This document shows positions 45,342-53,362 of a DNA stretch of 53,842 nucleotides, one piece after another; position 1 is the stretch's first letter, and each line of letters begins with the position of its first letter. This DNA comes from a virus. Its lineage: Duplodnaviria; Caudoviricetes. The DNA is taken from the IMG/VR virus record IMGVR_UViG_3300020125_000547, positions 1 through 53,842 of that record, one strand, 5' to 3'. The position numbers and the translations under genes are program-made. Below the pieces are notes generated by a model. It was given only the letters and a program-made list of their open reading frames with translations. It did no database searches and was not told where the DNA came from.

Positions 45342-45637
45342 AGGGTGATCTCCGGGTCGGCCTCGGCGCTCGTGCGGGTGTGCTTGTGGGGCACGGGCAG
45401 CCCGCGCCGCGCCAGCCAACTGACCCCGGCGTCATCGAGATACCAGACATCGCCGATCGGCGCGATCAGGCCGATGCGCTGCATCTCCGCTAGCAGCGGG
45501 CGCGTTTCGTCCGGGGAGGCGTCGGCGATGCGGGCGCTGAGACCGCGGACGGTCAGGCCGCCGCGGCGGAGCACCACGAGCGCCGTCTGGGCGCGGGGGT
45601 CGAGATCGGTCGGGCGGGGGTCGGCAAGAGCGTCCAT
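45335..45637 (-). CDS. Winged-HTH-like protein
   Basis: LTVRGLSARI..SPDETRPLLAEMQRIGLI....WYL..AG; TACCCT just upstream. Confidence 0.55.
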   Translation of the reverse strand: MDALADPRPTDLDPRAQTALVVLRRGGLTVRGLSARIADASPDETRPLLAEMQRIGLIAPIGDVWYLDDAGVSWLARRGLPVPHKHTRTSAEADPEITLC

Positions 45638-45749
45638 GGCCAGGGTATCAGCACGCTCTGTGCCCGCGCTAACCTACGGAAAGCCCGTATGGCGCCCGGC
45701 CGTACGGCGTGAACGCCCGGCGTCAGGTGTCGCGTGCGCGCCACACCGG

Positions 45750-45784
45750 CGCACCGGCACGGTACTTGCTATACTGCGTCCGTG
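45750..45784 (+). promoter_or_regulatory. Conserved 35-bp candidate late promoter, copy B
   Basis: CGCACCGGCACGGT-N3-TGCTATACT-N3-TCCGTG. Confidence 0.65.
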
Positions 45785-46213
45785 GCTGCGCCTCTCGCGA
45801 CCGACCCGCAGGACGTCCTCATGGCGCCGATCACCAGCGGACCGCGGGCCGGGCGATGGGACCTCGTCGTTGACCCGCTGCTCGGGATCCAGCTCGTCTC
45901 GAGCGAGGCCGCGGTCGCGCAGGCCGTCCGCTTCCGGCGCGGGCTCCAGCGCGGTGAGTGGTTCTTGAATCTCGACGTCGGGATCCGCTGGTACGAGGAG
46001 ATCCTCGGTGACGCGTCCAAGACTCCCGGCGTCGAGGCGCGCGCCCGGGCCGCGGTCGCGGCGGCGATCCTCGACACGCCGGCCGTGGTCTCTATCACCC
46101 GGCTCGACGTCACCCTCGACGCGGCCGCGCGCACCCTGACCGTGACGTTCGTGGCGCAGTGCACCTTCGGCACGACCTCGGCGTTGACGTTGACCGTCGG
46201 GGACGCGCGGTAG
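45782..46213 (+). CDS. Baseplate wedge/sheath initiator (gp25/W-like)
   Basis: AVAQAV..R....RGEWFLNLDVGIRW...ILDTPAV. Confidence 0.8.
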   Translation: MAAPLATDPQDVLMAPITSGPRAGRWDLVVDPLLGIQLVSSEAAVAQAVRFRRGLQRGEWFLNLDVGIRWYEEILGDASKTPGVEARARAAVAAAILDTPAVVSITRLDVTLDAAARTLTVTFVAQCTFGTTSALTLTVGDAR

Positions 46214-46247
46214 TCCGGCCCCGGCCGGCGCTCCGCCGCTCACCCCG

Positions 46248-47792
46248 CTGACCACCACCGGCCTCACCCCCGCCGGGCTCGTCGTCGCGACTACCGACGA
46301 TCTCCGCACCGACTACGAGTCGGACACCCGCGCCAAGTTCGGCGCCTCCTTGCCGCTCGGCGACCTCACCGTGTTCGGCCACCTGATCGGCCTGATGGCC
46401 AACGCGATCGGTCTACTCTGGCAGCGTCTGCAAGAAGTCGACACCTCGCACGACCCCGAGCAGGCGACCGGCGCCGCGCTGCGCAAGGTCTGCCTGCTCT
46501 CCGGCACGGAGGCGCCGCCGGCGCTGCCGTCGATCGCGACGCTCACGCTATGCGGTGATCCGGGGACCTTCGTTGCGGCGACGAACCGCGTCGCGATCGC
46601 CAGCCTCCTGCCGACGGTGATCGCCTTCGATACCGACGATGACGTGACGATCACCGCGCTGCCTGCCTGGGCACCGACGACCCTGTACTCGATCGGCAAC
46701 CGCGTCACCAACGCGTCGCGCTGCTACCAGGCCAGCACGACCGGCGTGAGCGCCGGCTCCGGCGGCCCGACGACCACGGGCACGGGGATCGCCGGGACCG
46801 GGATCATCGACGGCGGTGTGACCTGGCAGTATGCCGGCGAGGGCACCGGGGCGATCGACGTGGCGGCGGACTGCGAGGTCACCGGCCCCACGGTCGCGCT
46901 CGCCGGTGACGTCAGTGCGATCCAGACCCCAGTGAGCGGCCTGCGCAGCGCGCGCAACCTCACCGACGCGACGCTCGGTCAGGACGAGCTGACCGACGAG
47001 GCGCTCCGGTTGCTGCGCACCGACGAGCTCGCCGACGCCGGCTCGACGACGCGCGCGGCGACGATCAGCTCGCTGCGCGCGCTCTCGGGCGTCAAGGCCG
47101 TTACCGCGTTGACCAACCGCGGCGACACCACCAACAGCGACGGTTTGCCACCGCACTCGTTCGAGATGATCGTCGACGGTGGCGTCGACCAGGAGATCGT
47201 CGACGCGATCGGCACCAACCAGGCCGACGGGATCGCCAGCTTCGGCAACACGTCCGGCACGTTCACCGACGACGAGGGCAACACCGAGACGGTGTTCTTC
47301 TCGCGCGCGTCGCTGACGAACGTGTACGTCGTGATCACCGTGGCGTTCAACGCGTCGCTCTACCCGAGCGACGGCGACGCGCAGGTGCAGGCGGCCGTCG
47401 CGTTTGCGGGCACGGCCTTCGCGGACGGCGACGACGTCGAGCCGACCGAGCTCGGCGCGCAGGCGTTCAGCGTCTCGGGCGTGCGTCGCGCCGACCCCGT
47501 GCTCGTCTACAGCGACGTGATCGGCACGCCGGCCGCGTGGACCGCGACCCACGCCTACGTCGCGACGGTCGGCGCCCGGAGCGTCGTCACGAACGACGGC
47601 GGCCGGACGTACATCTGCATCACCTCCGGCACCAGCGCCGGCTCGGGCGGGCCGACCGGCACCGGCACCGACATCACCGACGGTGGGGCGCACTGGCGCT
47701 ACCTAGGCGCGCCGCTGGTGATCGCGACGCGCGAGCGCGCGGTCCTTGATACCACCCGCGTCACCGTCCAGAGCTCGGCGATCACGCCGTAG
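46248..47792 (+). CDS. Baseplate J-like protein (start uncertain; may be fused to the upstream gene)
   Basis: GLTPAGLV N-terminus, DPEQATG..L, LGQDELTDEALR, LPPHSFE.IVDGG.DQEI; no canonical start before the conserved N-terminus. Confidence 0.85.
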   Translation: MTTTGLTPAGLVVATTDDLRTDYESDTRAKFGASLPLGDLTVFGHLIGLMANAIGLLWQRLQEVDTSHDPEQATGAALRKVCLLSGTEAPPALPSIATLTLCGDPGTFVAATNRVAIASLLPTVIAFDTDDDVTITALPAWAPTTLYSIGNRVTNASRCYQASTTGVSAGSGGPTTTGTGIAGTGIIDGGVTWQYAGEGTGAIDVAADCEVTGPTVALAGDVSAIQTPVSGLRSARNLTDATLGQDELTDEALRLLRTDELADAGSTTRAATISSLRALSGVKAVTALTNRGDTTNSDGLPPHSFEMIVDGGVDQEIVDAIGTNQADGIASFGNTSGTFTDDEGNTETVFFSRASLTNVYVVITVAFNASLYPSDGDAQVQAAVAFAGTAFADGDDVEPTELGAQAFSVSGVRRADPVLVYSDVIGTPAAWTATHAYVATVGARSVVTNDGGRTYICITSGTSAGSGGPTGTGTDITDGGAHWRYLGAPLVIATRERAVLDTTRVTVQSSAITP

Positions 47793-47801
47793 ACCCGCGC
47801 C

Positions 47802-48281
47802 ATGGCCTCCCCCGTCGTCACCACCGTCTCACCCACCCCGAACACCGCGCCCGGCTCGGTCGGTGGCATGCCCTCCGCGTTCAACGCCGCGTCCGCGACC
47901 CCGGTCGTGCTCACGGTCACCGATGCCGACGGCGCGTCGGACCTGCTGCTCGTGATGGTGTCGGCGCTGTTCACGGACGGCACGCCCGATGAGACCGTCT
48001 ACCGCGCCGGCGGGTTCGCCGCGGAGTACCTAGCCGGGTCGGCGCAGGGCGCGGTGACGAACGGCCTGCAGCTGACCATCGGTCGCGCGACCGGGTGGCC
48101 GAGTGCATTCGCCCTGGCCGTGGACGTGGCCGACCGCGGCGGCCACGCGGTGAGCACGCTCCTGCTCTACCCGATGCCGTCCCGCACCACCGCTACGATC
48201 GCTGTCGCGCCGGTCTCGGACGGCGCGCTAGATCTCTTCGGGCTGACCCGCGCCCTCATCGTGTCCCAGTTGCGCGCGTAG
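47802..48281 (+). CDS. Putative baseplate/tail protein
   Basis: Beta-rich ORF in the tail operon. Confidence 0.6.
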   Translation: MASPVVTTVSPTPNTAPGSVGGMPSAFNAASATPVVLTVTDADGASDLLLVMVSALFTDGTPDETVYRAGGFAAEYLAGSAQGAVTNGLQLTIGRATGWPSAFALAVDVADRGGHAVSTLLLYPMPSRTTATIAVAPVSDGALDLFGLTRALIVSQLRA

Positions 48282-48319
48282 CGCTTGTCGCCGCCGAACG
48301 CCCCACAGGAAACCACCCC

Positions 48320-50185
48320 ATGAAGAAAATCGCGACCGCCATCGCCATCCTGCTTCTGACCGCGAGCACCGCGCTCAGCAACCCGGTCATCCGGCACACG
48401 AAGATCTGCACGCAGCCGGCCGGGTCGAACCCCAGCCTGATCGGCTGCCCCGACTGGAACGCGGACCACGTCATCGACTCGGCGGCGCTCGCCGCGACGA
48501 TGGACATCCAGCTCGTCACGGCGGACCCGAACGGCACGAAGACGGGCCCCGGCATCGCGATCGACACCACGAACAACCAGCTGTGGATCAATACCGGCGG
48601 CACGACCTGGACGCCGCTCGCCCGCAGCGACGGCGGCACGGCCGGCGCTCGCAAGGTGTTCCTGCTGCGCACGGACAGCAACGGCATGGGGGCCGGCACC
48701 GAGACGGATCAGGACGATCCGACCGACCAGGTGAACACGCCGAACACGAACGTGAACCTGGTCAAGATCTACACGACCAACTTCAGCGAGCCTGTCACCC
48801 CGATCAACATGGGTACCGGGTCGCTGCGTGTGCAGGGCTTCAACCCGGCGCACGGCCCCGAGCTCATGATCGGCTACGAGCTCGGCCGCCTTATCAACGG
48901 CCCGGGATCGGTGCCCGACAGCGCACACAAGCTGTGGATCGATCAGATGTCGATCCACTCGTCGACGCTCGCGAACTGGATGCAGGGGTCGAGCGCCGGC
49001 ACGTTGTCGCCGCTCCTCGGCGGCGGCAACCTCGACGCCGACAGCAACGCGCGCGGTCTGGCGACGGTCGCCGCAAGCAACGGCGCGGCCGCGGCGATGT
49101 TCACGATGCTCGGCACGAACGATGCCTCGAACAGCACCGACGCCGGCAACGTCGGGACGAACGTCGCCGCCTTCGAGACGAGGCAGCGCAGCGTTTACGG
49201 TTCGCAGTTGCTTTTCGTCTGGACGATCATCCAAAGCACGATAACCAATCCGCCGTTTCCCAACGCGTCCACGGCACGCGCGAACCAGATCGCGGCGCTG
49301 CAGGCCGCGACCGGCACCGCGCTGGTCTACGCCGAAGACATCCCGACGATCGACGATTTCGCACACTTCACTTCAATCGGCGAGCAGGTCCTCGGACAAC
49401 GGCAAGCCTTCGCCTACGTGCGGCTCGCCGGACTGCGCCAGCGCATCGTGACCGCGCCGACCGTCGTCGGGTTCAGCCCGGCGACGTACAACGGAAGCGC
49501 CCACGGTCTGTCCGGCTTCACGGGTGCGTCCGGCAGCACCATCCGCGCATGGCCGTGGCAGGGTAGCGCGAACAACGATCTGACGATCATCCCGGTGTTC
49601 AGCGGTGCCATCGGCGCCGGCACCACGATCCCGACACCCTCGGGCTACACCGCCGCCGCGACGCAGATCGCCGATCTGGACAACGCGGGCGTCGGCAACC
49701 ACCTGGCGCTGTTCACGAAGGCTGTGACGCAGGCCGACCTCGACGCCAACGGAACGAGCACGGGCGGCCCGGGTTTCCCGGCGTCGATCACGGTGACGCC
49801 GGGCGGCGCGCAGTTCGTCGCGAAGCCTTTCGCCGTGCGCACCTCGTCCGGCGTGCCGGCCTTCGACGGCGCGGCGACCGCCTTCACGCATACGACGGTC
49901 GACACGTCCGCGGTGACGGCCGGCGGTGTGACCACGACGGCCGCCAACCGTACCATCTTCATCCTGGTGACGGGCTGGTCCGGAGTCGGCCAATCATTCA
50001 CGGTGGCGAACAGCAACCTGACGAACCTAACGCAGGTGTATGGCGCGCAGTATCCGAGCTCCTCCGGCAATTACCTGTATGTCGGGCTGTGGACAGGAAC
50101 GCTTGCTGGCGCCGGCGCGAGCGGCAATAGCACGGTGACACCGGCGATCTCCGGCGGATCGCAGGGCTACACGTGGGCGATGTAG
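48320..50185 (+). CDS. SGNH/sialate O-acetylesterase-like protein with signal-peptide-like N-terminus
   Basis: MKKIATAIAILLLTASTALS; VFLLRTDSN, LGTND, DFAHFTSIG..LGQR. Confidence 0.7.
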   Translation: MKKIATAIAILLLTASTALSNPVIRHTKICTQPAGSNPSLIGCPDWNADHVIDSAALAATMDIQLVTADPNGTKTGPGIAIDTTNNQLWINTGGTTWTPLARSDGGTAGARKVFLLRTDSNGMGAGTETDQDDPTDQVNTPNTNVNLVKIYTTNFSEPVTPINMGTGSLRVQGFNPAHGPELMIGYELGRLINGPGSVPDSAHKLWIDQMSIHSSTLANWMQGSSAGTLSPLLGGGNLDADSNARGLATVAASNGAAAAMFTMLGTNDASNSTDAGNVGTNVAAFETRQRSVYGSQLLFVWTIIQSTITNPPFPNASTARANQIAALQAATGTALVYAEDIPTIDDFAHFTSIGEQVLGQRQAFAYVRLAGLRQRIVTAPTVVGFSPATYNGSAHGLSGFTGASGSTIRAWPWQGSANNDLTIIPVFSGAIGAGTTIPTPSGYTAAATQIADLDNAGVGNHLALFTKAVTQADLDANGTSTGGPGFPASITVTPGGAQFVAKPFAVRTSSGVPAFDGAATAFTHTTVDTSAVTAGGVTTTAANRTIFILVTGWSGVGQSFTVANSNLTNLTQVYGAQYPSSSGNYLYVGLWTGTLAGAGASGNSTVTPAISGGSQGYTWAM

Positions 50186-50197
50186 CCGAAGGCACTG

Positions 50198-51232
50198 ATG
50201 CCAGGGTTCGACGATAGTTTCGACAGCTCGGCCTTCGAGGCGGACGAGACCGCGCAGGCGGGCGAGGAGCTGTCGAACTCGGTGCCGGATCCGACCCCCG
50301 CCGCGCGTCCTACAGCGGGTACCGCCGTGTTGTCCGAGGTTACCGCATACACACACCTGATCTACGGACTCGTCGATCCGCGGGATCACCTCATCCACTA
50401 CGTGGGGCGATCGGCGAACGGGCTACACAGGCCACATCAGCACAAGACGAAACATGTTTCCGCAGCCATGCGCGATTGGCAGAGCGAACTGACCGCACGT
50501 GGTTTGATGCAGGAGATCGTTGTTCTCGAGGTCGTGCCAACCGAGAGAGCGTACAGTCCGGCGGTCAACGTGTTTCTACCGTGGTGGCTCGACGGTCGGA
50601 ACACACGCGCGCTGAGTGCCGCGGAGGGTTGGTGGATCGCCTACGGGCGCGCGAGTGGGTGGCCGCTGTTGAACATCGCGGACGGCGCCAGTGGCGGACA
50701 CTACCACAAGGCCAGACCCGAGACTGTTGAGCGACGGCGTGCAAAACTGATCGGCAAGCGGCGTAGTGCTGAGTATCGTCGTCGGCAGAGCGAGCGTTTC
50801 AAAGGACGCCCCCAGCCACAACTCAGAACAAAAGAGGTGCATGAAAAGTCGGCAGCCAGCAGACGCGGCCTGAAGCGAACACCAGCACAGCGTGCAAAAA
50901 TGTCCGTAGCTCAGTCCCAACGCCACCGTGATGCGGTACCTCCGTGGTTACCGCTGGTACTCGGCGCGGCTCCCGATCGTGTCGTTGGCGAGGTAGCGGG
51001 CAAGTCCGTACCTACGATCTGCGCTTATCGAAACACCTTGGGTATTCCGACATTTCGCACCGGCAAGTGCTACAAAGAATCGTTGCCGGTTTGGTTTCCT
51101 CTGGTCGCCGGAACAGTGACAGATCGCGTGGTCGGATCGTTAGTTGGCCTATCTGAGTTTACGATAAGCAAACATCGTAACAGCCTGGGCATTCCGGCAT
51201 TCCGTGTAACCAGCCGCAGCGAAGGACGCTGA
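50198..51232 (+). CDS. GIY-YIG homing endonuclease fused to a duplicated N-terminus of the downstream gene
   Basis: IYGLVDPRD...YVG, E.WWI, LLNIADG, NUMOD-like basic repeats, two C-terminal DRVVG...R..LGIP repeats. Confidence 0.85.
   Translation: MPGFDDSFDSSAFEADETAQAGEELSNSVPDPTPAARPTAGTAVLSEVTAYTHLIYGLVDPRDHLIHYVGRSANGLHRPHQHKTKHVSAAMRDWQSELTARGLMQEIVVLEVVPTERAYSPAVNVFLPWWLDGRNTRALSAAEGWWIAYGRASGWPLLNIADGASGGHYHKARPETVERRRAKLIGKRRSAEYRRRQSERFKGRPQPQLRTKEVHEKSAASRRGLKRTPAQRAKMSVAQSQRHRDAVPPWLPLVLGAAPDRVVGEVAGKSVPTICAYRNTLGIPTFRTGKCYKESLPVWFPLVAGTVTDRVVGSLVGLSEFTISKHRNSLGIPAFRVTSRSEGR
50287..50313 (+). promoter_or_regulatory. ECF-like promoter motif copy 10 (GGATC-N15-GTCCTAC), internal to the ORF
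   Basis: 13 nt before in-frame GTG 50327, which precedes the nuclease domain. Confidence 0.55.
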
Positions 51233-51855
51233 TGCCAGGATCGTTCGACGATAGTTTCGACAGCTCCGCTTTTGAGGCCGAGGAGACAACGCAGGCCGGC
51301 GAAGAACTCAGTAATTTTGAGTCCGTCGTGCAGATCTTGCTCTCGAAAGCACAGGATTGGGACAACGTCGCGATCACCGTGCGCGACGAGAGCGTCGACA
51401 CGGCGGTGGGGATCAACCTTGATCGGAAGTACGGCAACTCGGTCGGTCTCCCGCGGGACGCGTCGCCGTTGTTCTCGCCGATCGTCACCGCGGATGACCC
51501 GTACCGGCGCGCGATCCGAGCGCAGATCGCTACGAACCATTCCGTGGGCCGGCGCGGCGACAACATCCGGATCGCGCGGCTGATCCTCGACGACGTCACC
51601 GCGACGATCGGGATCCAGCGATCGGGCACAGCAGCGCTCGTGGTGCAGATCGGCGGCGCGGCCGTGCTGTCGACCACCGAGGCCGTGCTCGTGCTGTTCC
51701 TGACACGCGCGGCGAGCAACGGCGTTCGCGTCGTGGTCTCGAGCTTCGCGGTCCCGCCGGCGGGGGCGTTCCTGCTCGGGACCGGCACGGTCGACAACAC
51801 GGCGGCGCCCGGGTCGGGGTCCGCGCTTGCTGATACCCGATCGATCGATTCATAG
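51232..51855 (+). CDS. Baseplate wedge protein (gpI/DUF2612-like)
   Basis: VDTAVGINLD..G..VGLPR...DDPYRRAIRAQIATN.S.G. Confidence 0.8.
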   Translation: MPGSFDDSFDSSAFEAEETTQAGEELSNFESVVQILLSKAQDWDNVAITVRDESVDTAVGINLDRKYGNSVGLPRDASPLFSPIVTADDPYRRAIRAQIATNHSVGRRGDNIRIARLILDDVTATIGIQRSGTAALVVQIGGAAVLSTTEAVLVLFLTRAASNGVRVVVSSFAVPPAGAFLLGTGTVDNTAAPGSGSALADTRSIDS

Positions 51856-51864
51856 AAGGAACAC

Positions 51865-53361
51865 ATGTCCAAGCCATCCACGCTCTACACCTGGGCCGTC
51901 GCGACGAACTACACCGGCGGCCCGGCCTCAGGAACCGCAACGAAGACGCCGCCCACCAGTGGCGCCGGCAGCCAGCAGGACGAGGGTCTGCGTCCCGGCG
52001 ACGCGCTCGGCGCGCAACTTCTCGGGGCTCTCTTCAACAACATCTTCGCGTGGCTCGCCTACGTCACATCCAACCAGATCGACGGCTCGCTGGTCATCGG
52101 CGGGGCCGCGCTGACGTTCACCCCCTTCACCTTCACGGCGACATCGGGGACGCCCGGCTTGCTCACCGCGACCGCGCACGGCCTCCAGACCGGCGACGGT
52201 CCCGTGCGCGTGAGCAACTCGGGCGGCGGCTTGCCGGGCGGCCTGGCGGCCGGCACGGACTACTGGGTGATCTTCGACACGACGAACACGCTGCGGCTGG
52301 CGACGTCGCTGGCCGACGCGGTCGCGGCCGACCCGGTCGTGATCACGAGCAACGGCACCGGCACGCAGACGCTCTCGCCGGGCACGTCACCGACGCGCCT
52401 CGGGGACCTGACGGTCATGCGTGGCGCGACGGTCGCAGGGACTCTGCAGACCGGCCGCAAGGCGACGGTGGGCGGGCTGACGCTGAGCGTGCCGTCGTTC
52501 GTCTTCACCGCGAGCTCGAGCACGGACAAGCTCACGGCGACCGATCACGGCCTGCTGCAGGGGGACGGTCCTGTGCAGGTCTCGAACAGCGGCGGCGCGC
52601 TCCCCGCCGGCCTCGCGGCGGTGACGAACTACTGGGTGATCTTCGACACGACGAGCACAATCAAGCTCGCCACGTCGTACGCGAACGCGGTGGCCAGCGT
52701 GGCGATCGACCTCACCACCAACGGATCCGGGACGAACACGCTCGCGTGCACGGCTTCGACCGTGCGGCCGGCTGACGCCGAGGTGACGGGGACGCTGACG
52801 GTGGACGGCACCACCACAATGAGCGGTGCCGTGACAGCTAGCAGCACGGTCGATACCACAGGGCTGCTTACCGCACATGCCGGCCTCACTGCTTCCGTGA
52901 ACCAGGACGTCACGGTGAGCGGTACGGGCGGTCACCGACACGGCACGCAGACTTTGACAATCAGCGGCTTTAACTTCCGCGCGGCGAACGGAACCACTGC
53001 GACCTACGATGCCAGCGGGTCCGGCACGGGCATCGCGTTCTCCGGTGGACAGGGTGTTATCGCAGCACTACCGATGCTCGTTGGTCGTCGTGTTACGGCT
53101 GCACGGTTTTACATTCACGACAACGCGAGCCCTTCAACCGTGCTTGCTTGCGCGATTGACACACGCGGATCGACCAACGCACAAAGTACGCTCGCAGCCA
53201 GTAGCAACTCCGCGGGCAACGGAACCGACCAGACAAAAACCGCGACCGTAGGAAGTCCTGCCGCACTGGCGGCCGGCACAGCCCTGGAGTTGTTTGTGAA
53301 GATCCAGAGTGGTGCAGGAACGTGTTCGTTGTATATGGTCGAAGTGGATTACGACTTCTAA
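51865..53361 (+). CDS. Tail fibre with two copies of the repeated domain and a distinct C-terminal tip
   Basis: KP...WA...G.RPG....AQ....LFN...WLAY N-terminus; repeats at about 52126-52377 and 52498-52746. Confidence 0.8.
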   Translation: MSKPSTLYTWAVATNYTGGPASGTATKTPPTSGAGSQQDEGLRPGDALGAQLLGALFNNIFAWLAYVTSNQIDGSLVIGGAALTFTPFTFTATSGTPGLLTATAHGLQTGDGPVRVSNSGGGLPGGLAAGTDYWVIFDTTNTLRLATSLADAVAADPVVITSNGTGTQTLSPGTSPTRLGDLTVMRGATVAGTLQTGRKATVGGLTLSVPSFVFTASSSTDKLTATDHGLLQGDGPVQVSNSGGALPAGLAAVTNYWVIFDTTSTIKLATSYANAVASVAIDLTTNGSGTNTLACTASTVRPADAEVTGTLTVDGTTTMSGAVTASSTVDTTGLLTAHAGLTASVNQDVTVSGTGGHRHGTQTLTISGFNFRAANGTTATYDASGSGTGIAFSGGQGVIAALPMLVGRRVTAARFYIHDNASPSTVLACAIDTRGSTNAQSTLAASSNSAGNGTDQTKTATVGSPAALAAGTALELFVKIQSGAGTCSLYMVEVDYDF

Positions 53362-53362
53362 T

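Noticed and set aside
50280-51231. Group I intron or intein around the second endonuclease
   Set aside because: Almost no non-coding sequence for a ribozyme core, no intein terminal residues, and the downstream gene is already complete
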